Shown in pieces: positions 1 through 6,977 of a stretch of 18,778 bases of DNA (position 1 is its first letter; the number at the start of each line of letters is the position of its first letter). This DNA comes from Candidatus Micrarchaeota archaeon (GTDB lineage Archaea > Micrarchaeota > Micrarchaeia > Anstonellales > Bilamarchaeaceae), in assembly GCA_040754495.1 (NCBI GenBank), contig JBFMCO010000035.1, positions 1 through 18,778 of the forward strand. The letters run 5' to 3'. The position numbers were made by a program, and so were the translations under genes. The notes under the pieces are model-generated. The model did no database searches. It was not told the origin of the DNA and saw only the letters and a program-made list of their open reading frames with translations.

Positions 1-28
1 CATTTCCCATCAGATTTCGTATTTCCAT
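1..28 (-). CDS. Probable 5' end of a gene running off the left edge (MEIRNLMGN...)
   Basis: ATG at 28 on the minus strand, GGTGG RBS-like motif at 38-34, AT-rich TATA-like AATAAGTATAA at 80-70. Only 9 codons are visible. Confidence 0.35.
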
Positions 29-47
29 GTGTTCCACCTTCGTGAGC

Positions 48-73
48 ATAACCGTCTATAGTGAGACGGTTAT
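48..73. promoter_or_regulatory. Perfect inverted repeat ATAACCGTCT-N6-AGACGGTTAT, candidate operator
   Basis: 10-bp arms at 48-57 and 64-73. It lies between the minus-strand TATA-like box (80-70) and the RBS/ATG at 38-28. Confidence 0.6.
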
Positions 74-111
74 ACTTATTGGTGGGACGTGTCGCTGAAA
101 GTGGGGAATTT

Positions 112-201
112 TCAACCGCTGTTATCAGGGACGATTGCCATTGAGTAGTTTCCGATATTTATGATGGAGCAGGTATCAATGACATACAGCCGATTAGACA
201 T
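112..201 (-). pseudogene. Truncated PIN-domain (DUF4411-like) gene remnant, 29 aa
   Basis: MSNRLYVIDTCSIINIGNYSMAIVPDNSG*. YVIDTCSIIN matches the first PIN strand with its catalytic Asp. The ATG overlaps the XRE-ImmA stop by 8 bp. TGA at 114-112; the alternative frames do not read as a PIN continuation. Confidence 0.6.
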
Positions 202-1375
202 GAGATTTTCCCCTCGCTGCTAGTTCTCTGATTTTGTCAAGGTGCTGGATTTTTAGGGAGAGAAAATCCGAAAATTCAATAGGGGAAATCATCTTCCTAT
301 CGAGGTTATTCAATACAAGCGAGACATACTTGCTTCCTCTCTCATTGAATGATTTTGTGGAGGGCGGGATCACAAACTCGACTTTTTTCTTTGCAGCATT
401 TACAAGACGCGCCTGGACTTGAGACTGAACCTTGGCGTATTCGGTTTTGAAGTCGGATTCGCTTATGAGGTTGAGTTCTGACAACCTCATTAAAATCGCT
501 TGACGACTGACACCAAAGAGCCTGGATACTCTGGAGGTCGCTCTGTCAATGCCTTGATTTTCATATTGTGAATAAGCATGAAGAATATCATTGGTAGGCA
601 TAAGAAATGCAGCCGAGAAACGGTTGCACCAGGACTCGGCAGCATCCGCATTCTTCTCATCACTTTTGTCGCCAAATGACGGCGTGCAAACACTCGAAGA
701 CTTTAGTAGTAGATGAGCATATTCGTGAAATAATGTGAAGTTTCTCGCCGTAACGGAGTCACTGGTATTCAGGACAATGACATAAGGTGAAGCATCTGCA
801 AAAGAGAAACCACGCGCATCTTCAACAGGCATTTTCATCTGGAAAATGAAGATGTTTTTGCCCTCCAAGCCGCGCTTCCAGAAGTTAAGTGCATCATAGT
901 CGCTTTGCCAGTTTCTCTGCATGTCCATATCTAAGCCAAAGCTGGCTCTCTCGCGGTTGGCAATTTCCCTAGGGTCGTCCTTGAGAGTGGCGAAACTCAG
1001 ACGGACCTCAGTTTCGTGATTCAAATTGCCCAAGAGCTGCTTCAGGCTTTTCTGTAGCCTCTTCGCCCGTCTTATTGACAACAGTGTCTTCGGAGCGTAT
1101 GGATTCCCAGACTTGTTCTTGTTACGAAAAGCTGGGAACGGGTCAGTGCTGGGCGGCTTGGATAAGAGAAGCGTTGCCTCGGGACGCTTGAAGAGCGCTG
1201 CTAGAGCTTTGATTTTGGAGAATGCAATGTTCTGGTCTTCAGCCTCCCACGATGAGACAAGGCTTTCTGGGACTTTCAGCTTGCTGGCAACGTCCTGCTT
1301 CGAGTAACCGCTCCGCTCTCTTGCCCACCGAAGAACTTGACTGCTGACCTGGACTTCTACGGCTTTCCTGACCAT
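194..1375 (-). CDS. XRE-family HTH fused to ImmA/IrrE-type zinc metallopeptidase
   Basis: N-terminal HTH (LRWARERSGYSKQDVASKL...VSSWE), HEXXH motif (FTLFHEYAH), downstream ESWCNRFSAAFLMP motif. Confidence 0.92.
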   Translation of the reverse strand: MVRKAVEVQVSSQVLRWARERSGYSKQDVASKLKVPESLVSSWEAEDQNIAFSKIKALAALFKRPEATLLLSKPPSTDPFPAFRNKNKSGNPYAPKTLLSIRRAKRLQKSLKQLLGNLNHETEVRLSFATLKDDPREIANRERASFGLDMDMQRNWQSDYDALNFWKRGLEGKNIFIFQMKMPVEDARGFSFADASPYVIVLNTSDSVTARNFTLFHEYAHLLLKSSSVCTPSFGDKSDEKNADAAESWCNRFSAAFLMPTNDILHAYSQYENQGIDRATSRVSRLFGVSRQAILMRLSELNLISESDFKTEYAKVQSQVQARLVNAAKKKVEFVIPPSTKSFNERGSKYVSLVLNNLDRKMISPIEFSDFLSLKIQHLDKIRELAARGKSHV

Positions 1376-1592
1376 AAAACCACGTCAAACACATAGTGTT
1401 ATGCAAAAACAAGGCTTAATAAGATACTGGAACAGACGGTGCATTTCTGCGGCCGTAGGTTTGGAGAACTGTGAGGAATAACCACCCCGTTGCCTCTTTA
1501 CCAATCGTGCTCAAGCCAGATGGCGATGGTTCTAGGTGGTGTGTATTTGGGCCTTTTTTGCTTCGCATCCGGCTATAGGGTGCTGTAAGGCA

Positions 1593-2204
1593 TCACTTTT
1601 TCTTGGCAGGCGCGGCGGCGCTCTCGGAAAGCAGCCGGTAGAGCTGGAACCCGAGTATCGAGCCGGCCAGTTCCCCTCCGAGATATGCCGGGTTCAGGAG
1701 CCCCAGAGCCACCGCCACGGCCGGGTTGAGCACGCCCCCGGAGCCTATGCCTACCGCCAGCACTATGCCAAGGAGAAGCGAGCCCCCGACCACCACGCCG
1801 GAAAAGCCGGCTGGCGCCCTGCCATATACCACGGACGCTATTCCGAACGCGAAAAGCAGCATGCCGAGGCCCTCGGCTGCGAAGACCACCGCGGACGTTT
1901 CCCCGGGGGCAATGGGAGCGAGGCCAAGCACGCTGAAAGCGAGGAGATACGCCGCGGCTCCGCCCAAGAACTGTGCCACGAGATAGCCAACGGCGTCCAT
2001 GAGCCTGATTTTTCCGAGCGTGAAGATGCCGACCGTGACTGCGGGGTTTATGTGGGTGCCGGAGATGTGCCCCACGGTGTATACGAAAAGCCCGAGCGTC
2101 AGCGCGGCGAGAACCGGAGTCGCGGCCGGAGGGCTGATTGCCAGGGAAAGCAGGACGACCAATGCCAGCGTGAATGCCCCGAAGAATTCCGCGATATATT
2201 TCAT
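1593..2204 (-). CDS. Aquaporin (MIP family), reduced form, about 203 aa
   Basis: YIAEFFG N-terminal motif, ISGTHINPAVT and GVLNPAV boxes, AEGLG motif. Start moved from the ORF track's 2387 to ATG 2204 (or 2210), just downstream of a TATA box. Confidence 0.93.
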   Translation of the reverse strand: MKYIAEFFGAFTLALVVLLSLAISPPAATPVLAALTLGLFVYTVGHISGTHINPAVTVGIFTLGKIRLMDAVGYLVAQFLGGAAAYLLAFSVLGLAPIAPGETSAVVFAAEGLGMLLFAFGIASVVYGRAPAGFSGVVVGGSLLLGIVLAVGIGSGGVLNPAVAVALGLLNPAYLGGELAGSILGFQLYRLLSESAAAPAKKK

Positions 2205-2231
2205 GGACATGCTGCCGCTTTCGCGCGCACG

Positions 2232-2274
2232 CATTAAAAACCCGGGCCGGGCAGGCGGCCGCCGGTTTTTTATA
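2232..2274. promoter_or_regulatory. Back-to-back TATA boxes for aquaporin (GGGTTTTTAAT, minus) and methyltransferase (GGTTTTTTATA, plus)
   Basis: Two T-rich boxes with the same GG-T5-6-WAT pattern, each roughly 20-30 nt from a divergent start codon (2204/2210 and 2296). Confidence 0.6.
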
Positions 2275-2295
2275 CGCTTGAAGAGTACAGCTTCC

Positions 2296-2970
2296 GTGGA
2301 CATCGGGGCATTGAAGAGAAAAATCCTGCTAGTCTCCCTAGCCGCGCCGGTCGTCGTCGGGGCCATGCTCTTTGTGCCTGCCGCCACACTGGATTACTGG
2401 CAGGCGTGGGCGTACATGGCGGTATTGTTCGCTCCCGTGGCTTTTGTAGTCCTGTACTTCCTGAAGAACGACCCGGCGTTCCTGGAGCGCCGCCTCAGGA
2501 CAAGGGAGAAGGAGGCCAGGCAGGGGCTCATAATAAAGGCAGGTGCGCTGGTTTTCCTGGCAGGTTTCCTTATCCCCGGGCTTGACCGCCGCTTCGGATG
2601 GTCGCAGGTGCCTGCCGAAATCTCAATCGCTGCGGACATCGCAGTATTCCTGGGCTACGCACTCGTCTTTCTGGTATTCAGGGAAAACAGCTATGCCGGA
2701 CGGACAATCCAGGTCGAAAAAGGCCAGCGGGTCATATCCACCGGGCCGTATTCTGTAATCAGGCACCCGATGTACCTGGGCACGCTGCTCATGTATCTGG
2801 CGACTCCGCTGGCGCTCGGCTCCTACGTTGCCGTACCCATGTTCCTGCTGCTCGTCCCGCTGATAGTCCTCCGCATCCTGAACGAGGAGGAGGTGCTCCG
2901 GCGCGACCTGCCCGGGTATGCAGATTATTGCAAAAAAACGAAATATCGGCTGCTGCCCTTCATCTGGTGA
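2296..2970 (+). CDS. Isoprenylcysteine carboxyl methyltransferase (ICMT/PEMT) family membrane protein
   Basis: ENSYAGRTIQVEKGQRVISTGPYSVIRHPMY, RILNEEEVL and GYADYCKKTKYRLLPFIW motifs, several TM segments. Start inferred at GTG 2296 (TTG 2311 possible). Confidence 0.9.
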   Translation: MDIGALKRKILLVSLAAPVVVGAMLFVPAATLDYWQAWAYMAVLFAPVAFVVLYFLKNDPAFLERRLRTREKEARQGLIIKAGALVFLAGFLIPGLDRRFGWSQVPAEISIAADIAVFLGYALVFLVFRENSYAGRTIQVEKGQRVISTGPYSVIRHPMYLGTLLMYLATPLALGSYVAVPMFLLLVPLIVLRILNEEEVLRRDLPGYADYCKKTKYRLLPFIW

Positions 2971-2995
2971 GCGGCAGGCCGGGCTTTCAAACAGG

Positions 2996-3145
2996 CTAGG
3001 GCTTTGGCTTCGGGGGGAGCGCTTTCGTGAGCGCGCTGGCGCACTCGTTGCTGCAGAAATACAGCTTGATGTGGGTCCTTGCCCTCTGCATGCTTACTTC
3101 CCCGATTACACCGTCTTTCCCGCACTTGGCGCATCTCTGCGGCAT
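2996..3145 (-). CDS. 49-aa TRASH / eL24-like zinc-finger protein
   Basis: MPQRCAKCG-x20-FCSNEC (CxxC-x22-CSxxC). GGTGG RBS before ATG 3145 and GGTTTTTGAAT TATA-like box at about 3186-3176. Confidence 0.7.
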   Translation of the reverse strand: MPQRCAKCGKDGVIGEVSMQRARTHIKLYFCSNECASALTKALPPKPKP

Positions 3146-3209
3146 ATGACCACCGCCAAGTATCGCACAGCCAGCATTCAAAAACCTACCCTGCACGGGC
3201 CAAACCGGC

Positions 3210-3563
3210 TCAGCGTTTCACTATGACAGCGAGCGGGATGAGCGAGAGCAGAACAGCGCCCGCGCAGCAGCCGCCTCCGGAGCTGGAATACCCGCCGGAC
3301 TGGCCGCTGAGGCCGCTTTCGTAGTCAGACACGCACTGGACGTAGGAATCGGTGCAGTAGTCGCACATGGACGAAACGTAGCCCTGGTCGGCGTCGCTGA
3401 CCATGCAGCCCCCGCCGCTCCAGCTGTAGCCGAGCGATTCGCAGCAGTCCTGGTAGCAGGCCTCGCCCTGCACCCTTTCAGAGTAGCAGTAGTCTTCGGC
3501 GCTCTGTGAAAACGCCAGGGCCGGAAGCAGCATCAGGAATATCGCGGCTGTTTTGAATGCCAT
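3210..3563 (-). CDS. Secreted Cys-rich protein with C-terminal GGGCC-TM-KR anchor
   Basis: Signal peptide (MAFKTAAIFLMLLPALAFS), 8-Cys domain, Ser/Gly linker, CC, 15-aa hydrophobic helix, terminal KR. Confidence 0.85.
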   Translation of the reverse strand: MAFKTAAIFLMLLPALAFSQSAEDYCYSERVQGEACYQDCCESLGYSWSGGGCMVSDADQGYVSSMCDYCTDSYVQCVSDYESGLSGQSGGYSSSGGGCCAGAVLLSLIPLAVIVKR

Positions 3564-3584
3564 GATTTACTTAAACCACAGAGG

Positions 3585-3592
3585 TTTATAAA
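3585..3592. promoter_or_regulatory. Palindromic TATA box TTTATAAA, probably shared by two divergent genes
   Basis: Exactly 21 nt from ATG 3563 (minus) and 21 nt from ATG 3614 (plus). An overlapping TAAACC-N5-GGTTTA inverted repeat spans 3572-3588. Confidence 0.65.
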
Positions 3593-3613
3593 TCGGGTCA
3601 GGGATGATTTGCC

Positions 3614-5416
3614 ATGAGAGCCGCCTTCATACTGCTCGCGCTCGCGGCGGTTTCCTTTGCATTCTCAATCGATTCCTATTTTACCCATGCGGCAGTGCAG
3701 CAGGACGGCAGCCTCGACGTCTATGAAAACATCAACTTCACGCTCGAAAAGGAATACGGAGAGGGCTTCCGCTCCATACGCAGCGAGGATTACGGGTCGC
3801 TTGGCAACCTGGACGTCAGATATGTGAGGGTGAACGGCCAGGACGTCCCCTTCACGAAGCAACAGAACGGGGACAAGGCAGAAATCGTGTGGAAGCGGAC
3901 TTACGAGGGGCAGAACAACGTGGAGCTCTCCTACACGCTGAGAGGCAGGGCGCAGATCTACAACGATTTCGCGAAGGTCTGCTTCGAGCACTACGGCGCG
4001 GGCTGGAGCGTCCAGGCAGGGAGCTTCGAATCCCGCATGAGCCTCCCGGAGGCCGCCCGGGGGAAGGACATGCATTTCGAGGTCTATTCCGCAAAGAACG
4101 GGACGGCTTACATCGACGACCTTGACGTCGTTATCGAGATGAAGGACGTTCCGCCTGGGAATTATGTCGGCGGATGCTACTTGTATGACAAAGGCGCCCT
4201 AAGCACGCAGAACGTGGTTAATGCGTCCGCGCTCCAGATTCTCAAGGACGAGCGGGAGGCTTACGGCTCTGAAACGATAATCGCGCCTGAGGATAGAAGC
4301 TCGGTGGCGCTCTGCTGCCTTCCGCTGGGCGTGCTGTCGGCCGTCGCGGCCGCGGCCGTGTTTTTCACGAAAAGCAGCGTCCCTAAAAAGCCCGAGAATA
4401 TCATCCCGCCGGACAGCGAGGAGCCGGCGGCCGTGAGCGCGCTTGTCCGCAACGAGGTGAAGCAGCCGGAGATGCTCGCGGCCGCGATACTCTCACTCAT
4501 AAACAGTGGCGCGATAGACATCGTAGAGCTCGAGAAGAGGGGAGAGACCTCGGCAGAGGCCAGAAGGGAAAGGACCGTGCTCATCCTGAAGCGCAGGCCG
4601 GAAGGCCTGAAGCGCTATGAGACCGCCATACTAGACATGCTCTTCCCGGCCGGCACCAGCGAGGTTGACCTCGATGCCCTTGCCGCCTCGTACGATGCAA
4701 TGAAGACCAGGGAGGAGGCCGACAAAACTCCGGTGGCGCAGAACATGGACATATTCGCGAACGAAATTGACGGCATTCTCAGGACGAAGGGCATGACCGA
4801 GCTCAAGGACCTGAGAACGGGCAAGAACGCCGGGCTTGTCGGAATCGGCATGATGGGCCTTTTCTTCTCCTGCGCGCTCGTCCTGACTGCAGCGCCGTTC
4901 ATAATGTACGGCCTTGCAGCGGGGGATTACCTCGAGGCCGGGGGTGCCATTCTGGCGATGTTGCTTTTCTTCCCTTCGGCAGCCTATCTGGTTTACCATT
5001 ATAACGTGCGCCCGACGATTCCGAAGGGCTTGGAAGAGGAATACGCATCGTGGGACGCCTTCGCGAGGGCGGCAAAGGCGAGCAGGCTGAGGGAGTACCC
5101 GCCATCTTCCGCGCTCATCTGGGGCGGGATACTCGTCTATGCCACGGCGCTGGGACTGGCGGACAAGGTGAAAAGGCACATGTCCGAGCTGGACGTCCTT
5201 ACGGCCGGAAGGCTGGCCGGCATGGAGGCGATACGCGATTCGTCCGTCAGGTTCTACAGTTCCGCATGGGCGCTCAGGAACCTGCGGAGATACGGCACGA
5301 GACACGGGCCGGGAAGCAGGCACGGCGGATTCTCCTCGCGCTCCTCCGGGGGCTGGAGCCACGGGGGAGGCGGCGGGTTCAGCAGCCGCTCGTCAGGAGG
5401 GGGTGGCTTCCGTTGA
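3614..5416 (+). CDS. DUF2207-family membrane protein
   Basis: Signal peptide; extracellular domain (VQQDGSLDVYENINF...VELSYTL...AQIYNDFA); TM helices; WDAF...W..ILVYATALG motif; Gly/Ser-rich GGGFS tail. Confidence 0.88.
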   Translation: MRAAFILLALAAVSFAFSIDSYFTHAAVQQDGSLDVYENINFTLEKEYGEGFRSIRSEDYGSLGNLDVRYVRVNGQDVPFTKQQNGDKAEIVWKRTYEGQNNVELSYTLRGRAQIYNDFAKVCFEHYGAGWSVQAGSFESRMSLPEAARGKDMHFEVYSAKNGTAYIDDLDVVIEMKDVPPGNYVGGCYLYDKGALSTQNVVNASALQILKDEREAYGSETIIAPEDRSSVALCCLPLGVLSAVAAAAVFFTKSSVPKKPENIIPPDSEEPAAVSALVRNEVKQPEMLAAAILSLINSGAIDIVELEKRGETSAEARRERTVLILKRRPEGLKRYETAILDMLFPAGTSEVDLDALAASYDAMKTREEADKTPVAQNMDIFANEIDGILRTKGMTELKDLRTGKNAGLVGIGMMGLFFSCALVLTAAPFIMYGLAAGDYLEAGGAILAMLLFFPSAAYLVYHYNVRPTIPKGLEEEYASWDAFARAAKASRLREYPPSSALIWGGILVYATALGLADKVKRHMSELDVLTAGRLAGMEAIRDSSVRFYSSAWALRNLRRYGTRHGPGSRHGGFSSRSSGGWSHGGGGGFSSRSSGGGGFR

Positions 5417-5811
5417 TGCTGGTCGTGGCGGCCCTCATCAGGCGCGGGGGAAAGGTACTCGTGGCCCAGAGGCGCGCGGACTGCCCGAGGGAGCCCCTCA
5501 AATGGGAGTTCCCGGGCGGAAAGGTGGAGAGTGACGAGGAACCTGAGGAAGCTCTTGCGAGGGAAATTATGGAGGAGCTCGGCGTGCGCATTACGGTCGG
5601 GGAGCTGTACTGCAGGAGCGCTTCGACGAAGGGCGGAACGAGGGTTGAGCTGCTTACCTACGAGGCGCGGCTCGGTGAAGGCGAGCCTCAGGCGCTCGGA
5701 TGCAGGGACCTGAAGTGGGCCGGCGCTGCGGAACTCGGCTCTTTCGACTGGGCCGAAGCAGATTTGCCGGTAGTCGCGAAAATAAAGGGTGATAAAAATG
5801 AAACTGCCTGA
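5416..5811 (+). CDS. Nudix hydrolase, MutT/NudG-like (d)NTP pyrophosphohydrolase
   Basis: WEFPGGKVESDEEPEEALAREIMEELGV is a complete Nudix box. The start overlaps the DUF2207 stop (TGATG), not at the ORF track's 5050. Confidence 0.92.
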   Translation: MLVVAALIRRGGKVLVAQRRADCPREPLKWEFPGGKVESDEEPEEALAREIMEELGVRITVGELYCRSASTKGGTRVELLTYEARLGEGEPQALGCRDLKWAGAAELGSFDWAEADLPVVAKIKGDKNETA

Positions 5812-6976
5812 GTGGCTGAGCAAGAACGTGGTGCTGCTCGGCATCGTGAGCTTCCTCACGGACGTTTCGAGCGAGATGATATTCCCGGTGCTGCCCTTGT
5901 TCCTCAGCTCAGTGCTGGGCGTGGGGAAGGAGGTCATAGGGCTCATAGAGGGCGTCGCTGACAGCATCGCGGGCCTGACTGACATAGTTTTCGGGTACTG
6001 GTCGGACCGGCTCGGGAAGCGCAAGGAGTTCGCGGTGGCCGGCTACGGCCTCTCGGCGGTTCTCAAGGGGGGGCTCCTTTTCGCGAGCGCCTGGCAGCAC
6101 GTGCTTCTCATACGCGGGGCGGAGCGGCTCGGGAAGAGCGTCCGGACCGCCCCGAGGGACGCGCTCATTGCCGCCTCGACAAAGGAGTCGCAGAGGGGCA
6201 GGGCGTTCGGATTCCACCGCTCGATGGACACGCTCGGCGCTATCGCCGGGCCTGCAATCGCATTTTGCATCTTCGCAATAATGGGGCAGAACGGCGGGGC
6301 GTTCAGGACTATTTTCCTCCTCGCCCTTGTCCCTGCGGCGCTTGCCGTGCTCGTGCTCGCGCTTGCGGTGAGGGAACCGAAATCCGTCCAGGCGCAGGCC
6401 GCCGCAAGAAGGCCGGGCTTCTGGGTGTCCCTGCGCTCGCTCGGGGCCGGCTACAAGAGGTTCCTCTCGATTTCCCTGCTCTTCTCCCTGGCATATTTCA
6501 GCTTCGCTCTCCTGGTGCTGCGCGCAAGCGAAATCGGGCTCGGCCCGGACGAGGCCCTGCTTGCATACCTCGCCTTCAACATCTGCTACGCGCTCGCGTC
6601 CGTCCCGGCCGGGATGCTCTCGGACAGGGTTGGCCGCAGGCCCGTCATCGCCGCAGCATTCTGCCTTTATGCGCTCATATGCGTCGGCTTCATCTTCGCA
6701 TCGGACTTCTGGCAGGTCGTGGCGCTGTTCATGATTTACGGCGCGTTCGTCGCGACGGACGAATCCGTGAACAAGGCCTTCATATCCGACATGACGGACG
6801 AGCGGACGAGGGGGATGGCGCTCGGCGCCTACAACAGCGCGGTAGGTGCCGCATACCTTCCTGCGAACGCCGTCTTCGGAGTGGTTTGGGCTGCCTTCGG
6901 CGCTGGCGCGGCCTTCGGGGCCGCCGCGGTGGTGGCGCTCGCCGCAGGAAGCCTCATGCTCCTGTGGCGCAGGTGA
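5798..6976 (+). CDS. MFS transporter
   Basis: SFLTDVSSEMIFPVLP, WSDRLGKRK, GKSVRTAPRDALIA and GRAFGFHRSMDTLGAIAGP motifs. GGTGA RBS at 5788-5792; 14-bp overlap with the Nudix gene. Confidence 0.93.
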   Translation: MKLPEWLSKNVVLLGIVSFLTDVSSEMIFPVLPLFLSSVLGVGKEVIGLIEGVADSIAGLTDIVFGYWSDRLGKRKEFAVAGYGLSAVLKGGLLFASAWQHVLLIRGAERLGKSVRTAPRDALIAASTKESQRGRAFGFHRSMDTLGAIAGPAIAFCIFAIMGQNGGAFRTIFLLALVPAALAVLVLALAVREPKSVQAQAAARRPGFWVSLRSLGAGYKRFLSISLLFSLAYFSFALLVLRASEIGLGPDEALLAYLAFNICYALASVPAGMLSDRVGRRPVIAAAFCLYALICVGFIFASDFWQVVALFMIYGAFVATDESVNKAFISDMTDERTRGMALGAYNSAVGAAYLPANAVFGVVWAAFGAGAAFGAAAVVALAAGSLMLLWRR

Positions 6977-6977
6977 C

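Larger units (their letters stand above)
1..1590. mobile_element. Edge of a lower-GC accessory island
   Basis: Spot-counted 60-nt lines give about 38-52% GC versus about 60% in the core. Cargo is an XRE-ImmA/IrrE gene plus a PIN-like remnant. No integrase, tRNA or att site seen, so the boundary is approximate. Confidence 0.5.

Noticed and set aside
56-73. Resemblance to the T7 promoter on the minus strand (ATAACCGTCTCACTATAG vs TAATACGACTCACTATAG)
   Set aside because: Only 13 of 18 positions match, the specificity region differs and there is no vector context. The native inverted repeat explains it better.
1-158. Alternative minus-strand frame open to the window edge (ISETTQWQSSLITAVEN...) as a frameshifted PIN continuation
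   Set aside because: No PIN-like residues or slippery site, and it runs through the operator and promoter.
1415-1567. 50-aa minus-strand ORF (MRSKKGPNTHH...) in frame after the aquaporin stop, suggesting readthrough
   Set aside because: No recognisable protein features or RBS. TGA is used as a normal stop throughout the window.
1999-2387. N-terminal extensions of the aquaporin (to 2387) and methyltransferase (from 1999) in the ORF track
   Set aside because: They overlap each other and cross the two TATA boxes. Family homology begins only at 2204 and about 2296.
5050-5415. Apparent 122-aa N-terminal extension of the Nudix protein
   Set aside because: It is an off-frame shadow of the DUF2207 tail. 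The TGATG junction gives the real start at 5416.
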